Shown: one piece after another, positions 19,067-29,238 of the stretch
How positions within the stretch are numbered: the stretch's first letter is position 1
Layout of the letters: every line of letters begins with the position of its first letter
Assembly: GCA_038209745.1 (NCBI GenBank)
Contig: JBBQXJ010000028.1
Location: 1-52,942, forward strand
DNA from: Verrucomicrobiota bacterium
GTDB taxonomy: Bacteria > Verrucomicrobiota > Verrucomicrobiia > Limisphaerales > CANJSG01
Direction of reading: 5' to 3'
DNA length: 52,942 nucleotides
Notes under the pieces: generated by a model
Database searches by the model: none
The model's input: the letters and a program-made list of their open reading frames with translations, nothing else
What the model was told of the DNA's origin: nothing
Program-made: the position numbers and the translations under genes

Positions 19067-20542
19067 TTACGCCAAAACGCCCTTCACCAAGTCCCCATGG
19101 ACGTCGGTCAGGCGGAACTGCCGCCCCTGGTACTTGAAGGTCAACCGCGTGTGGTCGACCCCCAGGAGGTGCAGCAAAGTCGCGTTGAAGTCGAAGAAGC
19201 TCACCGGATCCCGCGCGATGTTGTAGCCGAAGTCGTCCGTCTCTCCGTAGGTCGATCCCGCCTTGGTGCCGCCTCCGGCCATCCAGACGGTGAAGCATTT
19301 CGGATGATGATCCCGGCCGGAGCGCGGCGAATCGATGTCGCCCTGCGCATACACTGTCCGACCAAATTCCCCCGCCCAAACGACCAGGGTCTCCTCCAAC
19401 AATCCGCGCTGCTTCAGATCCCCGATCAACGCCGCGCAGGGCTGGTCCACGTCATGGCATTGGCCGCGAAGCTGTTGGGCCAGGCTGAAGTGCTGGTCCC
19501 AGCCCCGGTGGTAGAGCTGGATGAACCGCACGTCGCGCTCGGCCAGTCGCCGCGCCAGCAGACAGTTCGCCGCGAAGCTGCCGGGCTTCGTCACCTCCGG
19601 CCCGTAGGCTTCGAGCGTGGCCGGCATTTCCTTCGAGAGATCGGTCAGGTCCGGCACGCTGGCCTGCATGCGAAAGGCCATCTCGTATTGGGCGATCCGG
19701 GTCTGGATCTCCGGATCGCCGACCACGTCGAGCCGGGCTTGATTCAACTCGCGCACCGCGTCGATCACTTCACGCCGGTCCGCCCGCGGCACCCCTTCCG
19801 GATCGGAGAGGAACAGCACCGGATCGCCCTGCCCCCGGAACCGCACGCCCTGATATTCGCTCGGAAGAAAGCCCGCGCTCCACAGCCGGTCGTAGAGCGG
19901 CTGGCCGTCGGGCCGGCCCGTGCCGTTCGAAGTCAGGACCACGAACGCCGGCAGTTCCTTGTTCTCGCTCCCCAACCCATACGCGATCCACGCCCCGAAG
20001 CTCGGGCGCCCGGCGATCTGCGACCCGGTCTGGGCGAAGGTGATCGCGGGGTCGTGGTTGATGGCGTCGGTGTGGAGGCTCTTCACGAAGCAAAGGTCGT
20101 CGGCGCGCTTGGAAAGATGCGGCCACAGCTCGCTCATCCAAGCGCGGCTCTGTCCGTGCTGGGCGAATTGAAACGGGCTCGGAAACAGAGGCAGCCGGCC
20201 ATAGCCCGAGGTCATCCCGGTCAACCGCTGCGCGCCGCGCACGCTCGGCGGCAGATCCTCGCCGCGCATCTTCTGGAGCAGCGGCTTGTGGTCGAAGAGA
20301 TCCACGTGCGACGGCGCCCCGGACTGGTGCAGGAAGATGATCCGCTTGGCCCGGGCCCGGCCGCTGAGAAACGGCTTCGCCGCCTCGGCCGCGCTGCCGG
20401 ACAACGCCGGTCCCAGCAACGACCCCAAGGCCGCCAGCCCCAAACCGGCGCCGGCTTTCTGCAGAAACGTCCGGCGGGTCAGCGCCGCCTGCGCGGCCAG
20501 GTTCAATCGGCGAAAAGCTTCCTCGTTGCAGTTCATGGTCAT
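19067..20542 (-). CDS. DUF1501 family protein with Tat signal
   Basis: TRRTFL Tat motif, AKRIIFL..GAPSHVDLFDHKP, INHDPA, WDQH, GEFGRT, GRDHHP, RLTDVHG; ATGA overlap with upstream gene. Confidence 0.93.
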   Translation of the reverse strand: MTMNCNEEAFRRLNLAAQAALTRRTFLQKAGAGLGLAALGSLLGPALSGSAAEAAKPFLSGRARAKRIIFLHQSGAPSHVDLFDHKPLLQKMRGEDLPPSVRGAQRLTGMTSGYGRLPLFPSPFQFAQHGQSRAWMSELWPHLSKRADDLCFVKSLHTDAINHDPAITFAQTGSQIAGRPSFGAWIAYGLGSENKELPAFVVLTSNGTGRPDGQPLYDRLWSAGFLPSEYQGVRFRGQGDPVLFLSDPEGVPRADRREVIDAVRELNQARLDVVGDPEIQTRIAQYEMAFRMQASVPDLTDLSKEMPATLEAYGPEVTKPGSFAANCLLARRLAERDVRFIQLYHRGWDQHFSLAQQLRGQCHDVDQPCAALIGDLKQRGLLEETLVVWAGEFGRTVYAQGDIDSPRSGRDHHPKCFTVWMAGGGTKAGSTYGETDDFGYNIARDPVSFFDFNATLLHLLGVDHTRLTFKYQGRQFRLTDVHGDLVKGVLA

Positions 20543-23500
20543 TCCCGGGTGACGAATTCGTCCGTGTTGAGCAATGCGCTGGCGACCAGCGAATAGGCCG
20601 CGAGTTCCGATGCCGGCAGAGAGGCATCGACCGGCGACGCTCCCTGCCGCAGCAGAGCCGCCGCCGCGCCGGCGTCGTTCCGGAAACGCTCCAGTTGTCC
20701 GGCAAGCAGCGTCTCCAGAGTCTTTGTTTCGCGAAGGGTCGGCGAACGGCCGAGCACCAGTTCGAAGCCGCGCGCGATGCGCTCCGCCGGAGGTCCGCCG
20801 ACGACCATCATGCGCTCGGCCAGCCTGCGGGCGGCCTCCAGATACGTGACCTCGTTCATCAGCGCGAGCGCCTGGAGCGGCGTGTTGGTGCGCGGCCGTT
20901 TCACCGTGCAGTATTCGCGCGCGGTGGCGTCGAAGCTGGCGAGACTGGGATTGAACCGGGTCCGCTGCCAGAAGGAGTAGACCGAGCGCCGATACAGATC
21001 CTCGCCGAAGCCCGGCTTCTCGCCCGGCAGATAGGGCGTCACCGATGGGCCGCCGACGCGCTCCACCAACAAGCCGCTGACGGCGAGCGCTTCATCTCTG
21101 ATCGCCTCCGCGCCCAGCCGGAACCGGGCGCCGTGCGACAATAGCCGGTTCTCAGGGTCAAGCCGGCGCGCAGCCTCGCTGAAAACCGACGACTGCCGAT
21201 AGGTCGAGCTGAGCACGATCGTCTTCTGGATCGCCTTCAGATCCCAATGACCCTCGACCATCTCCACCGCCAACCAGTCGAGCAGCTCCGGATGGCTCGG
21301 CGCCTCCGCCTGCACGCCGAGATTCTCCGAAGTGCGGACCAGCCCGGTGCCGAAGAACCGTTCCCACAGCCGGTTCACCAACACCCGTGCGGTCAGCGGA
21401 TTCTCCGGCGACACGATCCACCGAGCGAGCCCCAGACGATTCGTCGGCGCACCGGCCGTCAGCCCGCCGAAGACCGCCGGCACATCCGCGACCACCGTGT
21501 CCCCCGGCTGGTCATACTGCCCGCGGCCGAGCATCCGTGCGGTCGGCGGTCCGGGCTTCTCCTTCATCACCATCACCAGCGGCAAAGTCCGTTCGAAGTC
21601 CGCTTGTCCCCGCTCCGCCGCACCCAGTTCAGCCGCCGCCGCCGCATGGGTCGGGGATACGAAGTCCCGATAGAACGCGGTCGCTTCTGCGGTTTCACCT
21701 GCGGTTCGCCGATCCGGATCCAGCGCCAACGACCCCGCCCCGGGCCAATGTGCGAGCCGTCCCACTTCGTCGTCGTTCAGCGCTCGATCATAGATCCGCA
21801 GATCCGACACGACGCCTTTTAGACCTGCGCCGTCCACGTCTCCACCGACCAGCAGCGGCGCTTCGTTCCTGAACTCCGGCAACCCGCGCATCGATTGGAA
21901 CCGGGCCTCGGCCTCCATCGCTTCGCCGTTGAGGAACAGCGTCGGACCACGGTTCATCCGGTTTCCATCCAGCACAACGGCCAAATGCAGCCAACGCCCG
22001 GGAGTGACCGGCTCCGCCGAAGTCAGGACCACCGGCACCATCGTCGCGTCGAAGTCGAAGTAGCGGTGGTCCAGCTCGAACCGCACGTGGCCATTGGTCA
22101 GTGACAGCGAGATACCGAGCGGAAAGAGCGGCTGCCGTCCGCTTTGGCTGAGAAGAACGCCGTTCGTCGAGTCGGGCCGAACCCACATCGCCAGCGTCGT
22201 GCGCGGCCGATCGAAGATGTTGGAAATGGCCAGCGACGGCGCCCGGCTTCCGATCTCCAGCGCCGGCCCCCGCCCCCCGTCCACGAACCGCGCCCCCGCC
22301 CCCGGCACGACCGCCAAGACCTGCCCGAACTCCGTGAGATTCGTCTGCGCGACCTCGTTCGTGACGACGGCGAGGTCTCCCCCCGCCAACCTGTTGGTCA
22401 CGGTTGCCAGTCGCTTCGAGATCTCGCTTCGCAGGCCGAATGTCGCGGCGAACGATCCGGCCAAAGGCAGACGCACCACCAGGTTGCCCGGCTCCTTCGC
22501 GAAGTCCGCGACTTTCCGCCCAGGATGCGCCCGCTCCCACTCCGCCTGTTCCGGCCCCAAGGCGGCGTCGAGCGCGAGCAGCGCTTCAACGGCGTTCGTG
22601 ACGGTCTCGGACAAGGCCGCGAGTTTCGGCTGATCCGCCGGCAACGGCGCCCGCATGTTCGGCTCGAAGGCCAACTGCTGATCACCGAAGACGTCCCAGA
22701 AAACGCCGCGTTCCGGGATATGGTTGAAGAAGGCGAAGAACTTGTAGAAGTCCCGCTGCGAGACGGGATCGAACTTGTGGTCGTGGCACCGCGCGCAGCC
22801 CATCGTCAAACCCAGCCACGTCGCCGACGTCGCTTCCACCCGGTCGATCACGTTCTCCACCCTCCACTCGTCCTCCAGCGAACCAAACTCGGTGTTGAAG
22901 CGATGGTTCCGGTTGAAGCCGGTCGCGAGCCGCTGCTCCATCGTCGCGTCCGGCAACAGGTCGCCGGCGATCTGCTCCACCGTGAACTGGTCGAAGGGTT
23001 TGTTGGCGTTGAACGAATCGATCACGTAGTCGCGCCAGCGCCACATCGTCCGCAGCGGATCGCCCTGGAAGCCGCTCGTGTCCGCGTAGCGCGCCAGATC
23101 CAGCCACCAGACCGCAAGATGTTCGCCGTAGCGCGGCGAGGCCAGGAGCCGATCCACCAGCGTCTCATAGGCGTCCGGACGCGGATCGGCAACGAACTGC
23201 GCGACCTCCTCCGGCGTGGGCGGCAGACCCGTGAGATCCAAGCAGACGCGGCGAACCAGCGTGCGTCTGTCGGCTTCGGCTGATGGTTTCAATCCGGCCA
23301 GTGTGAGCCGTTCAGCGATGAAGGCGTCGATCGGATGGGCGGCTCCGTTTGGCACCGGTGCCTTGACCGGTTTGATGAAGGCCCAATGGGCTTCGTATTC
23401 GCCACCGGCCGCGACCCAGCGCTTCAGCGTTTCGATCTCCGACGGCGTGAGTTGCCGGGCCGCCTTGCGCGGGGGCATCACGTCTTCTTCGTCCGCCGTC

Positions 23501-23784
23501 GAGATGCGCCGGACCATTTCGCTCGCTTTGAGATCGCCCGGAGCCAACGCGGGGAGATCGCTCTTGCCGCCCTTGAGCGCGGCCTCCCGGACATCCAACC
23601 GCAGCTCCGACTTGCGCGCGGCCGAATCGGCCCCGTGGCAGCTGAAGCAGGCCTCGCTGAGGATGGGCCGAATGTCGCGATTGAACCGCAGCGTCTCCGC
23701 GCCGCTACACGCCGTGGCCACCGCCAAGACGGCAACGGCCCAGAGACGACCAAGCGCGCCATGATTCATCGGGACGGGAAACAT
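20539..23784 (-). CDS. PSCyt1 / DUF1549 / DUF1553 (PSD1) planctomycete-type cytochrome c protein with inserted LamG-like domain
   Basis: FNRDIRPILSEACFSCHG, HWAF, LDLTGLPP, WLDLARYADT, CARCHDHKFDP, LamG segment (WLHLAVVLDG..DLRIYDRAL), NPLTARV.VNRLW, TNTPLQAL. Confidence 0.92.
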   Translation of the reverse strand: MFPVPMNHGALGRLWAVAVLAVATACSGAETLRFNRDIRPILSEACFSCHGADSAARKSELRLDVREAALKGGKSDLPALAPGDLKASEMVRRISTADEEDVMPPRKAARQLTPSEIETLKRWVAAGGEYEAHWAFIKPVKAPVPNGAAHPIDAFIAERLTLAGLKPSAEADRRTLVRRVCLDLTGLPPTPEEVAQFVADPRPDAYETLVDRLLASPRYGEHLAVWWLDLARYADTSGFQGDPLRTMWRWRDYVIDSFNANKPFDQFTVEQIAGDLLPDATMEQRLATGFNRNHRFNTEFGSLEDEWRVENVIDRVEATSATWLGLTMGCARCHDHKFDPVSQRDFYKFFAFFNHIPERGVFWDVFGDQQLAFEPNMRAPLPADQPKLAALSETVTNAVEALLALDAALGPEQAEWERAHPGRKVADFAKEPGNLVVRLPLAGSFAATFGLRSEISKRLATVTNRLAGGDLAVVTNEVAQTNLTEFGQVLAVVPGAGARFVDGGRGPALEIGSRAPSLAISNIFDRPRTTLAMWVRPDSTNGVLLSQSGRQPLFPLGISLSLTNGHVRFELDHRYFDFDATMVPVVLTSAEPVTPGRWLHLAVVLDGNRMNRGPTLFLNGEAMEAEARFQSMRGLPEFRNEAPLLVGGDVDGAGLKGVVSDLRIYDRALNDDEVGRLAHWPGAGSLALDPDRRTAGETAEATAFYRDFVSPTHAAAAAELGAAERGQADFERTLPLVMVMKEKPGPPTARMLGRGQYDQPGDTVVADVPAVFGGLTAGAPTNRLGLARWIVSPENPLTARVLVNRLWERFFGTGLVRTSENLGVQAEAPSHPELLDWLAVEMVEGHWDLKAIQKTIVLSSTYRQSSVFSEAARRLDPENRLLSHGARFRLGAEAIRDEALAVSGLLVERVGGPSVTPYLPGEKPGFGEDLYRRSVYSFWQRTRFNPSLASFDATAREYCTVKRPRTNTPLQALALMNEVTYLEAARRLAERMMVVGGPPAERIARGFELVLGRSPTLRETKTLETLLAGQLERFRNDAGAAAALLRQGASPVDASLPASELAAYSLVASALLNTDEFVTRE

Positions 23785-23791
23785 CGGGCCG

Positions 23792-23819
23792 ACTCTGACA
23801 GCCGACCCGGCGCCGGCAA
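23792..23819 (-). promoter_or_regulatory. Putative promoter, leaderless geometry
   Basis: Minus strand TTGCCG-16-CAGAGT-7-ATG(23784). Confidence 0.4.
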
Positions 23820-23888
23820 GTGGCCGAAAGGGGCCGCTCCTGGTTTCGCGGCACCTACCAATAAGTGGCTCTCCATCTCGGAAGTCCC

Positions 23889-25103
23889 TCACCAATCCTC
23901 GAAGTGCAAACGGTAGGTTTGCCACGCCTCCCGCCCCAGAACGCCCTGCAATCGCAGCGCCCGTTCAGCGTTCAGCGCCTCCGCCAGTTGCCGTCGTTCC
24001 CGGGGCAGGAGACGTTCATCTTTGCCCATCTTCCTCAGCGAATCATCGTATTCGCGGATCACGTCCAGCGCGGCGCGTGGCGTGGCGTCGGGAAGGTCGA
24101 AGCGGCGGGTCACCGATTGGAGGTTCAAGAAGTCGCCGCTCACCGCGAAATAGGCCGGACCCGTGCTCGACCCGTCGGCCGCGGCCGGCTCGTGGCGGAC
24201 CTCGGAAATGCGCTTCAGATCCGCCATCCGCGCCGGGCTCAGGGCGGAGGCCAGTTGGTCGGACGAAAGACCGGCCAGCGACCGCAACTCTGCCGGTGAC
24301 TGCGCCACCAAAGCCAGGGTCTGGAACTGTGCGCCGTGCTTTTCTTGCCATTCGCGCCGGTTGAATTCAATGAGTTCGTCCGGGTTCAATTCCTGCATCT
24401 GGCGGAGACGAAACGAGGACTTCAAACGGTCCACCTCCTCCTGGGAGCCTTGGCCGTTGCGGACATCGGATTCGGCCTTTTTGATTCTCGCCTGGCTGTT
24501 CGTCTCGATCGCCAGAAGCGCGGTCCGCCGCTCGGGAGCGACGTAGCTGAACTCCCGCTCGATCTGGTGCTCGGTCCACTCCTCCGAGGTTCTGGTCGTC
24601 GTCTCCCGTTGCTCCCCGATCCCCAGGGATCTGAGCAGCTCGGACCGTGCGTTCCTCGCCTGTGTCGCGGGTTCGGCAAGGGTCTGGGCGAGCTTCTCCA
24701 GGTTGCCGCTTGCCGAAAAGACCCCGTAGAGCAGCTCGTGCTGCTGGATGGAGTCGCCATGCACCTGCCGCATCAGATCCGTCCATGTCGCACCGCGGAC
24801 GATGTCGCCCAAGGCTTCCTCCGGGCAACCGATCCGCCGCAGGTTCGCGACGTAGTGGGTGTAGTCGCCGCCGAACAGCCCGTCCCAAAGGAACGGGGGC
24901 CATTCCGGCTGCTTCAGCGTCTCGGCCGGAGGGGTTGGCTTGGCTTTCGTCGTCATCTGCATGACTTGCTTTTCGGGCGCGGAGACGACCTTGGCAACGG
25001 TCGGGCCAGAATCGCGCTCCGCTGCGGCGCGCGACTTCCAAATGACAATCCTCAACGCGAGGTTCAACACCAGCGACGCGACAGCGAGTATCCGGAGCTT
25101 CAT
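23889..25103 (-). CDS. Hypothetical membrane-anchored helical protein (paralogue 2)
   Basis: ATG 25103 overlaps the upstream stop (ATGA); MKLRILAVASLVLNLAL anchor; DYTHYVANLRRIGCPEEALGDIV core shared with its neighbour. Confidence 0.82.
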   Translation of the reverse strand: MKLRILAVASLVLNLALRIVIWKSRAAAERDSGPTVAKVVSAPEKQVMQMTTKAKPTPPAETLKQPEWPPFLWDGLFGGDYTHYVANLRRIGCPEEALGDIVRGATWTDLMRQVHGDSIQQHELLYGVFSASGNLEKLAQTLAEPATQARNARSELLRSLGIGEQRETTTRTSEEWTEHQIEREFSYVAPERRTALLAIETNSQARIKKAESDVRNGQGSQEEVDRLKSSFRLRQMQELNPDELIEFNRREWQEKHGAQFQTLALVAQSPAELRSLAGLSSDQLASALSPARMADLKRISEVRHEPAAADGSSTGPAYFAVSGDFLNLQSVTRRFDLPDATPRAALDVIREYDDSLRKMGKDERLLPRERRQLAEALNAERALRLQGVLGREAWQTYRLHFEDW

Positions 25104-26398
25104 CGGACCCCCTCCCATTGGCCGTTCTCGATCTTCTGGATCCAGCCCGCCCGGTTCGTCCGATACTGGTCCCACAAGGCCGGCGGCATCGTCTCCTGGA
25201 GCGCAGCCCGGACGTCGCTTCCGATCTGCCGCAACCGTTCCTGCTCCTCCTCGGCCGAGAGCGCGGGATCGCTCCGGACCTTGGCAGCCTCGGTGTCGGC
25301 GAGGGTCCGGGTGTCCACCAGCGCCTCCGCCACCGTTCCGGGAAGCTGGTTCGCGCGGGCGAATTGGTCCGCTTCCCCCCAGCCCGGTTGCAGCCGCCGG
25401 ATCAGTTCCTCGGCGCGGGGTTCGCCCAGAGCCCGGACCAACGAACCGGCGAATCCACCGTCCGCTTTCCTGGAAACCGTCTTGGACAGGCCGGCCTTGA
25501 ATCGGTCCAAGCGGGCGACGATCTCGAAATTGAAGGCACCGTCGACCAACGAAACGTCCACTCCCTGGCAAGCCACGATGCGGTGCATCTCCTCGGCCGA
25601 GATGCGGGACGCCGGGTCGTCGCCATGGGCCACTTCGCTCAGGACGATGAGGGCCGAGGCCAGCCGCAGGACTTCGTCCACGCGATCCCGGCCGGCCAGC
25701 GCGAACAGGCGATTGAACCCGTCGTCGCGCAATTGCCTGAGCGACTCGATTTCCGAAAGTTTCAGCGGCCACTCGGTCACGACGTTGAAGCGGACTCTTC
25801 GGAAATCCATCCGATCCAGTTCCCAGGCCAGCGCTTCTCCGGTCTCGAACGTCGCCGGAACGACGACGGCACAAAAGGACGCCCATTCTTCCGGCCGATC
25901 CAGAGAGCCTTTGGGCCATGTCCCCTCCACTCCCAGCAAAGTGCGCAACAGGTCCCGTCGCTCCGCTGCCCGATCGCTCTCGGCCATCTGTTGGGCCCGG
26001 GCCTGCTTCGCTCGGTCGTCCTGGGGCAACCAAAGGTCATCCGGGCCCGGCACTGGTTCGGACTCCGTGCTCAAGTAGAGTGCATCGACCTCCGGCACGA
26101 CGATGTCGCGGATCGTCCGCTCGGGGCATCCCGTGGCACGGAGGTTGGCGATGAATGCCGGGTAGTCGGTCGACTCGATACGCGACCAAGGCGATGGATT
26201 CGGCGCCTGCGACGGCGCGGTCTTGATCGGTGTCGGGCTCCAATACCGGGCCGGAAGCCGGGCCAGTCCGTGGGTCTGGGTGGAAGAGGACAGGTTCGTT
26301 TGTTGCGGTGGAGCCACCAACCCCCTCGCCTTGAGCCAATACCCCACCAAAGCCACGTTCAGCAGCAGCGAGACTGCGCAGAGAAGTTTCGGACGCAT
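25100..26398 (-). CDS. Hypothetical membrane-anchored helical protein (paralogue 1)
   Basis: MRPKLLCAVSLLLNVALVGYWL anchor, Pro/Thr linker, WSRIESTDYPAFIANLRATGCPERTIRDIV core. Confidence 0.85.
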   Translation of the reverse strand: MRPKLLCAVSLLLNVALVGYWLKARGLVAPPQQTNLSSSTQTHGLARLPARYWSPTPIKTAPSQAPNPSPWSRIESTDYPAFIANLRATGCPERTIRDIVVPEVDALYLSTESEPVPGPDDLWLPQDDRAKQARAQQMAESDRAAERRDLLRTLLGVEGTWPKGSLDRPEEWASFCAVVVPATFETGEALAWELDRMDFRRVRFNVVTEWPLKLSEIESLRQLRDDGFNRLFALAGRDRVDEVLRLASALIVLSEVAHGDDPASRISAEEMHRIVACQGVDVSLVDGAFNFEIVARLDRFKAGLSKTVSRKADGGFAGSLVRALGEPRAEELIRRLQPGWGEADQFARANQLPGTVAEALVDTRTLADTEAAKVRSDPALSAEEEQERLRQIGSDVRAALQETMPPALWDQYRTNRAGWIQKIENGQWEGVR

Positions 26399-26499
26399 GG
26401 CCTTTCGGGACTTCTAGGCGATTCCGCCCGACGCCGCACGGGCGGTCAAGTCCGACGCCCGATCTTTTCTTTGGCGGGAAGACCGACGACCTTCCGGGG

Positions 26500-29199
26500 A
26501 TGCGCCCTACGTCAACTCCCTCCTTGCCTGGCCGCTTGGTCTTCTGGCTGTGCCTGTTCGTGGCCGTGTTGGCGCCCCGTCGAGCGTCCGCCGAATGGAT
26601 CTGGGTGGAAGGCGAAGCGCCGACCGCCAACCGGATGAACCGCCATCCGTGGTGGTATGACCAGGTGAAGAAGGACCTGTTCTCAGGCGGCGATTTCATC
26701 TCCAATTTCAGCGGGGAGAAGGCCGGCGAGGCGGAGTATCGCTTCGAGGCGAAGACGGCGGGCGCCTACGAATTCTGGGTCCGGGCCAATCCGCTCCAAG
26801 CCAAGCTCTCCTACTCGCTCAACGGCGGAGCCGCCACCGACATCGATCTCCAGAAGGACAAGCGGGGCGAGGTGAACGTCGCGGCGGATGGCAAGGCGGA
26901 CCTGCGCTTTCTCGCCTGGAGCAAGGTCGGCCACGTGGAGCTGAAGCAGGGCGCGAACACGGTCGTCTTCCGCATGGCCAGCGCCAATAGCCACCACGGC
27001 TACCTCGACTGCTTCGTTCTCAGCACCGATCCGTTCCAGCCGCGCGGGCTTTTGAAGCCGGACCAATTGGCCGCCAAATCCGCCACCGGCGGCGACTGGT
27101 TCGCCTTCGATCCCAAGCCGGATCCGTTCGCCACGAACTCCGCCATCGATCTCCGCTTCCTCAATGAACGCGTCGCGGGCGAGCACGGTTTCATCGACAT
27201 CAAGAACGGCGAGTTCATCCGCTCGGAGGACGGTCAACCGCTGCGTTTCTGGGCGGTCAACGGCCCGCCGCACGATCTCACCGGCGACGCGCTGAAGCGC
27301 TGCGCCCGGATGCTGGCCAAATACGGAGTGAACATGGTCCGCGTCCACGGCGGGCTCTTCGATGAACGGGGCGAGGTCGATCCGGCCAAGATCCGTCACG
27401 CGCTGGAAGTCGTCCGCGCGATGAAGGCCGAGGGCATCTACACCCATTTCTCGATCTACTTTCCATTGTGGCTGACGCCCAAGGCCGACCTTCCGTTCCT
27501 CAAGGGCTACGACGGCACCAAGCACCCCTTCGCCGCCCTGATGTTCAACCCCGATTTCCAGGAACAATACCGGAAGTGGTGGACGACGCTGCTGACCACG
27601 AAGGATCCGGAGACGGGCCGCGCGCTCATCGACGAACCGGCCGTGGCCAGCGTGGAGATGCAGAACGAGGACTCGTTCTTCTTCTGGACCTTCAGCGACG
27701 CGAACATCCCCGACGCGGAGCTCCAGATTCTGGAGACCCGGTTCGCCGATTGGTTGAAGGCCAAACACGGCTCGCTCGACGCGGCCTTCGCGCATTGGAA
27801 CGGCATGAAGGTGAAGCGCGATTCTCCGGGCGATGGGCGCGTGGGTTTCCGCCCGTTGTGGAACATCGCCAACGAACGCACGCCGCGCGACCAGGACACG
27901 GCGGCCTTCCTTCTCGATACGCAGACACGCTTCTACGCCGACACCGTGTCCTTCCTCCGCAAGCTCGGTTTCAAGGGCCGCATCACCGCGTCGAACTGGT
28001 CCACGGCCAGTCCCGAACGGTTTGGTCCGTTGGAGAAGCTCAGCTACACGCCGGGCGACTTCATCGATCGGCACGGCTACTTCGGCTCGAACCAGAAGGG
28101 CGACAACTCCGCCTGGTCGATCCGCGAGGGCCACACCTACTCGGACCGCAGCGCGCTGCGCTTCGATGCCGAGGAACCCGGGAAGCCGCGACAATTCATC
28201 CATCCCGGCATGGACCCGCACTACAACGGCCTCCCCTCGATGATCTCCGAGACGACCTGGAACCGCCCGAACCGTTTCCGCAGCGAAGCGCCGCTCTACC
28301 TCGCGTGCTTCGGTGCGCTCCAGCACTCCGACGCCATCGTCCACTTCGCGCTGGATGGCGACCGTTGGTCGGTCAAACCCGGCTATTGGACCCAGCCGTG
28401 GACACTGATGTCGCCGGCGATGGCGGGACAGTTCCCCGCCGCCGCGCTGATCTTCCGCCAACGGCTCGTGAAGCCGGGCGACGTCCTGGCCGAGGTGCGG
28501 CTCAACACGAACGATCTTCGCCAGCTCAAGGGAACACCGCTGCCGCAGGATGCCGCGCTGGACGAACTGCGACTGCAGGACGTCCCTGTCGGAGGCGCCG
28601 AGCTGAAGCCCGGCCAGCGGATCGATCCACTGATCCATTTCGCCGGTCGCACGGAAGTGTTCTTCACCGGGCAGCCCTCGCGCACGGAAGTGAAGAACCT
28701 GACGCCGTTCATCGACCATGCGAAGCAGACGGTGATGAGCACCACCGGCGAGCTGTCGCTCGACTACGGCCAAGGCGTTCTGACGATCAACGCCCCCGCC
28801 GCGCAGGGCGCGAGCGGCAACCTGAAAGCCGCCGGCCGCGTGGAGACCCGGGATCTGATTCTCCAGAGCGATCTCGCTCCCGGCCACATCGTCGCCGTTT
28901 CGTTGGACGGGAAGCCATTGGTCACCTCGGGCCGCATTCTTCTCCAAGCCATGTCCGAGGAACGGTCGACCGGTTTCCAGACCGAGGCCGAGTCCGCCAC
29001 GGTGAAACGCATCGTCAGCCTCGGCACCGATCCATGGCAGGTCCGCACTCTTCAGGGTTCGGTCGCCTTCAAACGCCCGGACGCCGCCTCGCTCCACGCG
29101 ACCGCGCTGGACTTGAACGGCTACCCCACCGGACCCGCCGGAAACGCCGCCTCGCTGAAGCTGCAACCCGCAACGGTCTACTATCTGATCGCCCGCTAA
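26500..29199 (+). CDS. Secreted putative clan GH-A glycoside hydrolase with N-terminal CBM-like beta-sandwich
   Basis: Signal peptide; WVEGE..Y.FWVR..V.LKQGANT (CBM-like); RFWAVN, GVNMVRVH, EMQNEDS (acid/base-like), DRHGYF, MISETTW (nucleophile-like); strong host codon usage. Confidence 0.72.
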   Translation: MRPTSTPSLPGRLVFWLCLFVAVLAPRRASAEWIWVEGEAPTANRMNRHPWWYDQVKKDLFSGGDFISNFSGEKAGEAEYRFEAKTAGAYEFWVRANPLQAKLSYSLNGGAATDIDLQKDKRGEVNVAADGKADLRFLAWSKVGHVELKQGANTVVFRMASANSHHGYLDCFVLSTDPFQPRGLLKPDQLAAKSATGGDWFAFDPKPDPFATNSAIDLRFLNERVAGEHGFIDIKNGEFIRSEDGQPLRFWAVNGPPHDLTGDALKRCARMLAKYGVNMVRVHGGLFDERGEVDPAKIRHALEVVRAMKAEGIYTHFSIYFPLWLTPKADLPFLKGYDGTKHPFAALMFNPDFQEQYRKWWTTLLTTKDPETGRALIDEPAVASVEMQNEDSFFFWTFSDANIPDAELQILETRFADWLKAKHGSLDAAFAHWNGMKVKRDSPGDGRVGFRPLWNIANERTPRDQDTAAFLLDTQTRFYADTVSFLRKLGFKGRITASNWSTASPERFGPLEKLSYTPGDFIDRHGYFGSNQKGDNSAWSIREGHTYSDRSALRFDAEEPGKPRQFIHPGMDPHYNGLPSMISETTWNRPNRFRSEAPLYLACFGALQHSDAIVHFALDGDRWSVKPGYWTQPWTLMSPAMAGQFPAAALIFRQRLVKPGDVLAEVRLNTNDLRQLKGTPLPQDAALDELRLQDVPVGGAELKPGQRIDPLIHFAGRTEVFFTGQPSRTEVKNLTPFIDHAKQTVMSTTGELSLDYGQGVLTINAPAAQGASGNLKAAGRVETRDLILQSDLAPGHIVAVSLDGKPLVTSGRILLQAMSEERSTGFQTEAESATVKRIVSLGTDPWQVRTLQGSVAFKRPDAASLHATALDLNGYPTGPAGNAASLKLQPATVYYLIAR

Positions 29200-29238
29200 A
29201 ACATGCCGGCCCCGCCAACCCGGATTCCATCGAGTTCA

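Noticed and set aside
25104..26033. Upstream part of the 714-aa ORF 23889..26033
   Set aside because: An alternative frame over paralogue 1; the true start is the ATGA-coupled ATG at 25103 with a membrane anchor.
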